Position numbers and translations under genes: made by a program. Positions 1 through 12,300 of a stretch of DNA of 64,000 nucleotides are shown piece by piece. The notes below the pieces were generated by a model, which was given only the letters and a program-made list of their open reading frames with translations, was not told where the DNA came from and did not search any database. This stretch comes from Amoebophrya sp. A120 (taxonomy: Eukaryota > Protista > Dinoflagellata): the NCBI GenBank assembly GCA_905178155.1, contig CAJINV010000005.1, positions 2,420,054 through 2,484,053 of the forward strand, read 5' to 3'. Position 1 is the stretch's first letter. Every line of letters starts with the position of its first letter.

Positions 1-347
1 CGCGACGCGCCTGCTGGCGGGCCCCGTGCCGGTTTCATGGTCACCTAGGGCCGGGCCAGGGCCTGGATCATCTACACAAACAAGGAGCAAACAGCTCTAA
101 TTTAACCTACCTCTTCAATCAAATTGGCATCCTGGGTTAGCTAGTTCAAGTTGGGACTCCATCTAGATGGTTCAACATGATATCAATTCTGGGCACCGCC
201 TTCAAAGTCACCTGTGCCGTTTCCCGATGACGACGCTTCCGCACTCGAATCGCGAGCGGAAAGTTGCTATTTAAAAGCTTTGAAGAGATTTTTTTGAATA
301 AAAAATTAGATAATCGTTCAGACGGTCCCATATCCACCACTTTGCAG

Positions 348-3300
348 CCACCGAACAAAACCGCGGGCGCGATCGACTATTCCACCACGAAATTTGAGTG
401 CAAAAAGTGCCCGGAGGACAGACCCACAAGCCCGCCAAAGTCAAAATCCATCACGTTTTGTGCGAAGACTGGGAAGCAAACTTTGAAAATGGATGTCTCC
501 GTGAAGGACCCGAGCATTTTTGACGAACCGAAAACGGTCGAAGCGATTTTGGCGACTATGAAGGCTGACGGCGTTTTTGGGGAAAAGGACAGTTATGAGG
601 CGACGTTGGACGTGGTGAAGCCTCCTGCCATGGCGCTGCTGCAAAAAGACACCAGGACTGATGTTCTTGAAAAGCAGCTTGCGGAACAACAGACATCGAG
701 CGAGGAAATTGTAGACCGAGATAGGGATTTGCGAAGTACTTCTTATCCGTCGTATGACTCATCATCGCAGCCGGAAGGTGGCACGGCTGCACGGCCGGAA
801 GATGGAGAACAATTTTCGAATTATGCAGCAGCCGCAGCTTCCACCGAACGCGAACCTGACCTCGCGTCGCTTCTCGGCGCGGACTACGACCCAAACGACC
901 CGCTAGTCGCCGACCAGCTTCCCTCGCAATTTTTGCAAGTTAGCTCGAGTTCCACAACCTCCTCCGAAGCAAGGACGATTCTAACGCTGATTTTCACGGT
1001 GATAAACCAGCTTCCCCCCCTCGAGTACCCGGCAATTCAAGTCGCGTCTGGGTCAACTGGAAAGCCGTACCCCACGTTGCAGAAAGCGTTTCGCCTAATC
1101 TTCCCGCCGGAGGTTTATAATACCATTCAGATCAAGTTGCCGTTCGTCACTTGTGAGCCGGGTTTTGGGCAATCAGCGACGACGAACATGTGCGAAGTCT
1201 GCGCCCCCGGGTTTTTCGGCCCGGGCGGGTTGAGCCCGGGCTTGTGTCAAGTTTGCTCCGCACGGAAAACGAGCAACGCGGGCTCCGCGTTCTCGGATGC
1301 GGACTGCTACGGGGGGTGCGAACCGGGAAACGGGGTCAACTTTGCAACGAACAAATGCGAGCCTTGCAAACCGAACCTCTACTCCCCGGGTGGGAACGTG
1401 GAATGCAGCGAGTGCCCCCTCGGCATGACCAGTCCGGAAGGCGCGGGGTCGCTCCGGGACTGCACGGCGGCGTGCGAGCCCGGTTTCGGGGTCGCCGGCG
1501 CGACCTGCCAACTCTGCCCAAGTGGAACGTTCTCCGCGGGCGGGACGGATCCCTGCGAGCCCTGCCCCGCCGGATCCACGACGAACACGACGGGGTCCAC
1601 CAGCTCCGGGCAGTGCGGGCAATGCGGCCCGGAGTTCTGCAACTACCGAGGGCAGGCGACGGGGAACATTTGGAATTTGGACAACGGGGGCTGCCAGTGC
1701 AAATGCGAAACCGGGTACTCGGCCATGACGAACTGCGGCAGCTGCACCCAAGGGTACGAGAAGGATTCCACCGGTGCTTGCAGACCCTCCAGCGAGCGGT
1801 GCACGGTGAAAAGAAGTTGCAATAACCGCGGCGTCCCAATCAAACAGTGGAAAGATAGCACAGACACCCTCGAGCCCTGCCAGTGCATGTGCAAGGATAA
1901 CCGCTTGGACCCAACCACCAACTGCCTCTCCTGCAAAGCCTCGACCAACCTGAATCCGGAGGAAAACTGCGAGAACTGCATGGTGCCCCAACAGGACCGA
2001 TCGACCAACTGCAACACCTGCACCTCCGACGAGAAGCTCGACGCGTTCAAAAACTGCACGAAGTGCTTGCCCGGGGCGATCAACTGCACCGCGCCGAACC
2101 GGACTTTCGAAATGCTGTGGTTCTACTTGGGCGATCCGATGCACCGGAAGATGGAGTTCGAGATGGTGGAGCCGGTGGATTTCTCCTTGCAATTATCCCC
2201 CACGACGAAATCCTTCCAAACCAAAGCGCTCCAGACGTTGATCGACACCGCGGAACTGAAAGTCTTACCGAAGCCGTTTCCGAAAGTGAAGTTAAACAAC
2301 TACCGGTCCACCAAGACCTTCAAGTTCCTCGCGGGGAAATTACGGGATGAAAAGTTCAATTTCAGAATCACGGCCGGTTGGCCGGACGAGGTTGCGAACG
2401 AGACCAATGTGGACACGAAGGACGTGGCGATTTTGCGGCGAATATGAACTGCAAAAGTATCGTACTCGTATATAATTGCATCACAAATTTCCTCAGCATG
2501 AGAAATAAAATTTGTAATGCGAATTTACCTGAAGCTGAAGAAGAAGATTTGTAATGCATGATTGCAGTACGAGTGCGATACTTTTGCACAGGATAGCGGA
2601 AAATGGAACAAAATCGCTTCGCCGAAAATTCCCCCGTGCCGCTGGATTTTGCGGTAACCGCGACCAAGCTGTTGGAGTTCGACCTTTTGCCGTCCACTAC
2701 CGAGCCGGTTTCCTTCAAACTCCTGCCGCAATCGAAAAGATTGGAGTTGCCGAAAATCACGACGCCGTATGCGGACGAGAAGCTATATGCATCGCAAAAG
2801 TAAAAGTATCGCACTAGTTTGAAGAGTTGCAACACAAATTTTGTCAAGAACAAACATGCAATTTGTCATGCTAGTTTAGGTAGAAGGTTGGATTTGTCAT
2901 GCACGACTGCAATCACTACGGGCACTACGATACTTTTGCAGAGGATAAGCCAGGGCCGTTCAAAATCGCCCCGGAGGATTTGCCGAATCCGAAGTTCCGG
3001 ATCACGCCGATCCGGAAGTATTTCATCACGGAACTCTCCCAGCCGGTGAAGTTCGCGTTCAAAGTCACCGGCTCGACCCAAAAACTTTCCTTCAACGTGG
3101 AGAAGCAACCGCCGCAGTTTATCGATCAAAAAGCGGCCGAGGAGTGGAAGAGGGAGGAGGAGCGCAGGAAGAATCCCGTGATGCGAATCACGGACAAATT
3201 TCCCCAGCCGACCGGGTGCCGCATCGGGTACAACCGGATCGACTCGAAGAAGGACTGCGAGAAAGCGGCGGCGGCGATTCCAACCTGTAGACTGCCCGAA

Positions 3301-6300
3301 GTGGATCCGCGGATGAAGCCGAATCGGGATTCGAACCCGTTGAACGAAAAGTGCGAAACCAGGTGCAGTTCCGGCGGCGATATGGCGCAATCAAAGGAAT
3401 GCGAATTGCTTCCGCACATGAAGCCCAAATTCCCGTTTCACGTGGAGAACCGGCCGTTGATTAAACAGGGGTGCTACATCTCCGTGCAGAAGCAGGAGGT
3501 GGTCTGGAACGAGAACACAGTGGAAGAGGCGGCGCTGCCGGAGCGGGAGTACTACCACGTGTTGTGTCAGAAAGACGAGTTCTCCTACGGATTCCCCGAC
3601 CACCCGGCCGTGCAGTTCAGGATGCAGTTCGATCTGGACACGTTGTTTCACATCCCGGATGGGGTGAGTTGCAACATGCTTTTGGCGGTCTTGAAGTCGG
3701 ATGACTTCCTGGAGAAGTGGATCCCAACGGTGAAGGAGAATGCGGGCATCAACCAGTACGGGTCGGTGAACCTAGCCGGGTTGACGTGCCGGGGAACGGG
3801 CGTGGAGGGTTCCAGTGCGAAAGATGACGACAAAGCGGTCACGAAGTTCAACCAGAAAAGAAAGAAAGAATTGCTGAAGAAAGAAAAGGAGGATTTTGCG
3901 GATTCGAACGACTTTTCGCTGCTAGAAGTCGACAACGCGATGTTGAGCGGTGGTGATGATAGTGACGGTGAAGCTGAAGCGAAAAAGAAAGAAGTAGTTC
4001 CCGATTCAGAAAAATCAGATGTCGCAGCCCTGAACACGCGTCGCGGAGGACAAGAACTTCTGACCGGAAAAAGCACCAGCGAAGTTTTCGGCACCCCCGC
4101 GCCTCTCACCGTGGACCCGGATCTGGAGGACGAAGAGCCGATTTCCGTGCACTGGCAAGTCGTTGCGACGACGATCGACTTGTATGCAAGAAAAAAACTG
4201 TGTAAGTGTAAGTCTGTGATGCAAAGCATGTAACACTGTTACGCTTGTCATGCTAGGCAACCATGAAGTCCTATTTCATTTGTGTTTTCACTTACTAGCT
4301 GCGCATGACAGGCTTCGTCTGTCATGCAGAGCAGATTTGTCATGCCGTCACCCCAAGACACCTACACTAACACAGTTTTTTTGTTGGATAACTTGGACGT
4401 GGACGTGAAAGATGGTGAGGAGTTGAAGCTGGTGAAAAGAGTCGGTCTGGGCGTAAGAGAAAGTTTAGCAAACAGCAAAGCCATCACGGACCTCGGCGCG
4501 CAGCTCGCGGGGATCGCAGGTCCGATCCGAGCCCGGGTGATTTCGATCGACAAAGTGCCGTCCCCCTTTCCGAAGGAGGGTTTGCACGGCGACTACCCGG
4601 TGCCCGGTCTCCTCGGTGAGATAAAGCTCCGCGTGTACCACCCAGATTTGTGGATTTTGCGGAATAAACTTCTGATGTGGGTTTTTGGCCAAACTCTCAA
4701 ACCCTTTTTCGGGGTCCGGAACATGACCATGGTGCGGATCTCGGATCAGCCGGCGCCGAAAAACGAAACAATGTTCGAAGTACTGCAGCGAGAGGCGTCG
4801 ATTTTGCACCGGAAGCACAGACGGCACCGGAAGTGGGAAAGGAAAGTGTTGCACCAGGGGAAATTGTCGCCGATCGAGGTGTTTTTTCCGCGAAAGATGA
4901 CGAATCCGAGCATCAAGGAACAGAAAGAGGCGCTGGAGAAGCAATTGCAGCTGAGCAACGACTTTTACGGAGTCTACGACTTTGATGACAAGGAGTCCTT
5001 GCCTACTCTGGGTACTATGGAAGATGATCATCAAGAGCATAGAGTAGAACAGCCACAAGTTATTTCACCACCCCAAGCGACAGGTGGTCCTTTATTGCCA
5101 CTGGAAAACGACGATCTGTTGTTTGACGAAAGGCCACCGCACAACATACAGAACCAGCATCTGCAGCGGCTTACCCTCCTGCAAGTGCCGACGATCAAGA
5201 ACAAGAATTTTGAACTCGACATGGCGCAGCACATGCGGAACCACTTAACGCACTTCGGGATGGACTTCGACCACGATCATTTTCACTTCCCCGTTCCAAC
5301 CGAGCATCACGACATGTTTCTAGACCATAACGGCGATTTCGAGGTCCACACAGGAGCAACAGCGGCGGAGGCAAAAAGCAGCGGCGACGAGGAAAGATCT
5401 TCTCAAAATGAACACGGTGGCGCTTTTCTCCAAACCGATGCGAACGCCATGAGCCCCCTTCACGGCCACCTGGAAAATAAAAACGTCCCTGCGAAATCAA
5501 AAATTCTATCAGCTCGGAAAAACATAAACAAGACCACCGCCCGCCAGGTCTACCTGTCCGCCCTCCAGCTTCGCACGAAGGCGTCGAAACCGCTGAAAAA
5601 GCCGAAGACGGTGTACATCACGTATTTGGCGCAGGACGAGAGATTCCGGAACAATGTGCCGGAGATGGAGAAAACCAAAGAGATTATCATGAACTTGAAA
5701 CCCTCCACCGTCACTCCCTATGCGCGGAACTACTGCCAACAGCCGGACATGGTGACCCAACGGTTTTTTGAGCCCAAAATCTTGACGCCGAAGCAGGTGC
5801 ATGAATTGCTACACCCCTCTAGGCCGAAGGTGGTGAAGAAGAAGAAAAAGGAGCCTCCGAAGGATCTGACGAAGACGTGGAATATTCCGCCGAGAATGAT
5901 GAACGAGACGAAACCGAATCTAACCGCGCCAGTGAAACCAGAAGAGGCTGAGAAAGCGATCGCGCAGATGAATGTGACGGAAACGAGTACGACGACGGTG
6001 GAGCCGGAGTCGGAAGAGGAAGAGGAGGAAGAAGAGTCATCAACGGAGGAAACTGTTGATGAAGCGACCACGACCATGAACATCACCGGAGTGCACGACG
6101 AAGAAAAAGAGCAGAACATCACCACGCAACATACGGCATTCTCAACTGTTACATCCTCAACTGTTACATGGATTTGTGATGCAAGAACTGCAACAGTGAA
6201 ATAGGGTTCTTTGCGCTTCTTGAATGACAGAGTTGGCAAAGATTCTGAGCCTGTTGGGCTCGTCGAGAATTTGTCATGCGAAGCAGCTTGATCGTGTCGA

Positions 6301-9300
6301 TTCTAATTGCAATTTTGCATGAGAAAGCATGCAACACCAGTTGAGAATGTAACATTTGAGAACGCCATACAGCAAGTCTTGAACACGACAACCGGCGAGG
6401 TCGAGGATATGGATTGCAAAAATGTCTGGGTCTGGCAGACTGCAAGACTTGTGATGCACATTTTGCATGACCCACGAGGTCTGGAATGCAGAACCTAGCA
6501 TGAGAGATTCGGTGAGGTCTCCATCATGCCAATGCTGCATGAGAAACTCCCTCGCAGCTTGGTCGAAAGTGGACAGCTTTTGGCAGTCATGCAACACAGA
6601 TTTTTGCATGATTCTGATTTAGCATGACAAGTTCCACCTTTCCAGACCCAGACACTTTTGCATTTGATAGAGGAGGTGAAGGTGCAAAACGTGTACAACG
6701 AAACGACAGGGCAGATGGAGGAGGTATCCTGCGCAAAAGTATCGTACTCGTAGTAATCGCAATCATGCATTACAAACTTCCATCCCAAGGGAAAACAGCA
6801 TGACAAATTCCATTTATCATGCTGAGCGAATTTGTCATGCGATTTCTACTAGTACGATGCTTTTGCAATGCATAGGAAGTTCCAATCGCAAACGCAACGA
6901 ATTTAACGGTGACCCCGATCTCTCCCCCGGCGCCTGGTGTTGGGACGACGGCGGACGTCACAAACGCGCAACAGGCGATTGTGACGCAGTCCGGCGTGGC
7001 CTTGCTGTTCTGCAACCCGGGGCAGATATCAAATGCAACATAATGAAACCCTAGGTCTCAGAGAGCTAAACTTCTGATGCTGCATCTGGATGCTAAAAAC
7101 ATCTGTATTGCATGAGCAGCAAGAGGAATCAAATTTGGTTACGGGGAGAGGACATTTGTCATGCAGGATGCGCATCGATTTCGATGAGCGCTCAAAAAAA
7201 CTGTGATGCTAAGGCATACATCACAGACATCACGGATCATGGAAAATGTGCATGACAAACTTGTTCTCTCCCAGACTCAGACATGTTTGCAGTTCATAGC
7301 AGAAGGTGGTGGATGACCATTGCGAGGAGTGCCCGTACGGAACTTATTCGACGATTGGTGTGGAGTGTTTGGAGTGTCCGACCAACATGACCACCGTTGC
7401 GCCCTCCGCGACGTCTTTGGACTCCTGCGTCGGGAACTGTGAGCAGGGGTACGGCTGGACGGGCGCGATTTGTCGGCAGTGCGTGGACGCGGAGTACTCG
7501 GGCGCCGCGCCGGATGATCCCTGCCAAAAGTGCCCGGAGGGCATGATCGGCATCAACGCGACGTACGAGCGAATGATCGAGAACGTTTTCACCTTCCACA
7601 TGCACGATTTCCACCCGAAGCGGGTGATTGAGATGAACGCGACCGCGAATGTGGCGAACCAAAAGTTTGCTGTCAACGCGGATCAGAAGGAGAACGGGTT
7701 TGACTTAACGCCAAGATCGGAGAAAACCAAAAACATTGACTTCACCCCGAGAAGCGAGAAAAACCAAATCGATTTCACACCGCACGACGAGAAGTACGCG
7801 GTTCAAGCAGCTGCGAGGTCTATGGAAGTGTCAGAATCGAAATCAACAAAATCGAAATAATTTGTGATGCATAAAATCGATACCACTTGGAGCCTCAGTT
7901 TTCAAGTGGCGCATGACAAATTTCGGGAGCACCAAAATCCAGTCTGTCATGCTGTTTGGGCAAAGAAGACTGCTCCTGGCGTGCTGCTCCGGCAGCACAT
8001 CGCCTTCCCCTAATCAGGCTTGCAATCGGTCTCATTTGCCTACTCCCCAACACAGGCCTTACTTGCCCTACATTTTACGCATTGCAAATTTTTCGATTTT
8101 GTCGATTTCGATCCTGACACATCCATAAGGTCGGAGCCCGCGAAGTTCGACGTGTCTGGGAAACAACCCACTGCGTATCCTGAGTAAAAACATCCCCACA
8201 CCAGAGTCAAGATGGGGACTTTGCAACACAAACCTAGAACTTTTGGGGGTCACGCATCACAAGTTGCAGTCCGTAGTGTAGTGCAGGTTCGCAAAGCCAG
8301 CTGCATCAGAAATCCATCTGCTGATCCTATTTACAGCATTACAAATTCCAAAACACGACTAAAAATGGTTCTCCTGGCGATGCGCATTACAAATGTTCCC
8401 GTCATTGCAAATCTGCATGACAACTCTGGCGTGGGGACGTTTTTACTCAGGATACTGCGGGCGTGAAAATCACGGCGGACAGCCCCACCGCGGATCTGAA
8501 AATTCTCCCGAAAGACCAGCCGGAATCGAATGTGACCGTGTCTGCGAAGGAGGGAGAAACACAAATGAAGTTGCAACCAAAGAAACAACCGCAGTCGGAG
8601 TTCAGTGTAAACCCCGGGAGCCAAAAAACGAACCAATTCGATGTCCCCCTGGGGGAAAAGACGGAAAAGAAAGCGCAGTTCGGAGTTTTAACTCCGGACC
8701 AGACCAATCTGCTTTCCCGGCGGAAATTTCTTGCGAACCAAGCCGGGAAGTTTCCCTACATTCCGGGGATCGACTACATCCCGAGCAGCGACTTCCTCGA
8801 TGCGTGGTCGGCGAAGTGCAAGCCCAATTGCGCATTAGGACATTACTTCAACATCACCGTCGGGGCGTGTCAAGTTTGCCCCGTGAACCAGTACGGGTAC
8901 GGCGGGCCGATGCTGCAGTGCTTCCGCTGCCGTCCGCCGTTGGTGACCCGCGATCCGGCGGGCGGGGCTGGGAGTGATGAGAAGTGTTTTCCCCCCTGTA
9001 AAGCGGGGGAACGCTGGGGCCCGGAGGATAAGAACGATCCGGCGAGCAAGTTCGTCTGCGCGCCGTGCGAGTACGGGACCTACGCAACGGGTTCCCACTG
9101 GTCCGGCGCGCCCGGCTTGGGCGACAAGTGGCTTTCGCACCCGTGGCAGTGCGAGAAGTGCTCAGACAAAAAGCCGATCACGTCCACGAGCGGTGCAGTC
9201 TCCGACTTGCAGTGCGCGGTGCCGCCAATCACGAAAATGGCGATCAAAATCTCCGTATCAACTGCAAATATCGACGAAATCTGGGTCGTGTGGGAGGTTG

Positions 9301-12300
9301 CCAGGCCTGCTCTGCTTTTCATCTGCCATGAAGCATGTCTCGAAGTGCCTCTGTGGTGCATCAGGGCGAAAAGTGAATCCTCCTGACGCCTGCCATGCAG
9401 ATAAAAGTTAGCCTGCTCGCGAAATTATACGCAACAGATAGTAGGTCAGAAAACAAAAACACTATTGTCATGCTCCTCGGCTGCGTATTGCATTGGGCGT
9501 ATGTATCATTACATTTACAACTTTCTCGCATTACAGCTTTTACTGTCCAGACCCATATCGGTATTCGCAATGCATAACCCGCTGCGGGAGAATCGGTGCA
9601 AGCGGACACGTTTGACGACCCTGTAGTTTTGAAGGGAATGCAAGACTCGATTTCCGACTGGCTGCAAGCCTCCGACGTGCAGCTCTCCGTGGCCGCGAAT
9701 GAGGAGGGGACAACGGACCAAACGGTTTCGCAAATCGACTTGCTGCAACTCGCCACTGGGAGGAAGATCAAAAAGAAACTGCGCAAAGCGGCCACGGACC
9801 GGGAGATTCTGCTCGCGGTGGAGGCCACGGGGACGCCGCCGGGCGGAGTCACCGCGTCGGTTGACGATTTGTCGCAGACGATGCAGTCCAATCCGGATCT
9901 AGCAACTCTGGACCTGAACACGGAGGGGGCTGTGACGCACTGCGAGCCCGGGTACGGGATTTTCCCGGAGAACGCAACGTCGCCACTCTGCAGCATCTGC
10001 CCGGTCGGGTACTACGGACTGGGCGGGGAGAACCCACCGTGTATCGCCTGTCAGGAAGGGTTCAGTTCGGCGGCGACCAGCACAAACATCACCGCCTGCT
10101 TCCCCATCTGCGACAGTGGATACGGCGTGCACCCCGCGACGGGGGAGTGTGCGATTTGTCTGCCGGGGTTTTATGGGCCGGGGGGAGCGTCGGAACCCTG
10201 CCGGGAGTGCCCGCCCGGGAAGACGTCGAAGGTCGGAAGTCAGTACGAACAGGACTGTAAGCGGGAGTGCGAACTGGGCCGGTTCTGGTCGCAGGACAAG
10301 GAGTGCGCGGCCTGTCCGGTGCATACCTACAACGACGGGACCGACCCGATGGCGACCACGTGCAAGCAGTGTCCGATGGGGACGCTGACCGACTTTTCCG
10401 GCTCGGTTTCGAAACGAGATTGCGGGAAGTGCAACGATTTATTGCAGCTCTGCAACAACCGCGGGTTGTCGGTCACCGGCAACACCTGGGACGACGCGCA
10501 CAACGGCTGTCAGTGTGTCTGCGAGGAGGGGTACGACCACTGTACCCACTGCGCCACCTGCTTACCGGACTTCGAGAAAGACCGTTTCGGCAACTGCCGT
10601 CCGGCCTCCGACAAATGCCACCCGATCGAGGATTGCGCGAACCGAGGTAGTATCAACTGTAAAAATGTCTGGGTCTGGAAGGTCACAACTTGTAATGCTG
10701 TCTGTGGATTCTAAAAAAATTTGTATTGCATGACCAGCAAGAGGGGTCGGGTTTGTCCTACGCGGAGAGGGCATTTCGCATGCGGTAGAGGTATCACAAA
10801 GCCTCCTAAAAATCTGTGGTGCTACGGCATGTATTACAGACATAACGGCTCATGGAAAATATGCATGACAAATCTAGAAATCTTCCAGACCCAGACATTT
10901 TTGCAGTTGATAGGTAGGTTGTTGGAGGATTTCCGAGACGCAGAGTCCGGCTATTGCCGCTGCGCGTGCTACAACCCGAACGTGTTCGACCGGAAAACGG
11001 GGTGCAAGGAATGCGTGGATGGGCACAAGCTCGATCCGGAGCAGAATTGCGTCGTTTGCAAACTCGGCGAGATTTGGGACCCGGAAACCGCGTGCGAAAC
11101 TTGCTCGGACCCGAACGCCGATCCGCAGAAGGAGTGTCTGGAGTGTAAAGAGAACTACTTCCGGGACGAGGAGATCACGGACGGGAAGTGTATCCCGACT
11201 CCCACGACCACGACCACCCCGATCTGTTACCCGGGGCACGAACCGGTGAAGATCGATTTGATGTCGAAGAACCAGACCGCCGGCTTGAAGGCGGACGACG
11301 AAAACGACGAGTCTGATGCGGACGAAAAATCCATGACAGCTGGGGTCTTAGATCCGACCACCGCCAACGCGCCGCCGGGCGCCCCCGGGTCACGGTTCGA
11401 GTGCAAGCCCTGCCCGCTTGGGACGTACAGCCGCGTCGGCTTGCCGTGCGTCCAGTGCCCCACGGACATGACGACGAGAACGGTTGGTTCCGTCGAATAC
11501 GAAGAGTGCGTCGGGAACTGCAGTGTCGGTTTCGGTTGGATGGGGGCGAGTTGTAAGAAGTGCGGCGCCCACGAGTTCGCTTTGTTCCCCGACAAGCCCT
11601 GCGACCAGTGCCCGGCGGGGTACCGGGTTCTGCCGAAGTGGCGCGACATTTTCGCGGAAATCACGCAGAAGGAACGGCACGCGCTGTTGTTTGAGGCGGC
11701 GCGGAAGGACACGGACGAGTTTTTGCACGAACTTGCGATCATGATCGTGAAGCTGCAGGATCATGGGGGGCAGAACAACCCGAACGGGGAAGAAGATAAC
11801 ACTTTCCCGCCTCTGAGCGTGAATAACCCGGCGGAACTGGCACAAGAGTTGATGGAATTCGCGACGGAGGAAGGGAAGAAGATGCTGGAAATGTTGCGTG
11901 AAAAAGCAAAGATGTTCAAGTCGGACAAAAATGCGAATTCGCAAGCCGCTCGGCTGATGCGGAAACTAGCAAGCGAGGTGGAAGCCGTCTCGAAGAACGG
12001 TGCAAACGACTTTATTCCGGATCAGGAAGAATCTGTTTCTGTTCTCTCACGACACAAGAGAAACGGCACCGCGAACATGACTCTTTCTCCGGATTCGACG
12101 AACTTGAAAACGAACGTGGCACCGGATCCCACCACAGGCGTGGTAAATGCAACGACGTCCGTGAAAGCGGGTTTCATGCGGTACTTCAAAGTGAACACAA
12201 CCGCGAATACTTCCGCCCACGCCATGGATTTCGATTTGCCGCCGAAATTCCGTGTGGTGCCCGCCGGGAATGGGGATCCGGTGGTGTTGCTCCCGCCAGA

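Noticed and set aside
146-358. Short minus-strand ORF and possible element end (..cccata at ~332)
   Set aside because: No matching left TIR or direct repeat in the window and no recognisable homology; 1-347 is left as probable intron.
1173-2192. Long antisense ORFs (also 29911-31260, 15267-16190)
   Set aside because: Shadows of GC-rich sense coding sequence.
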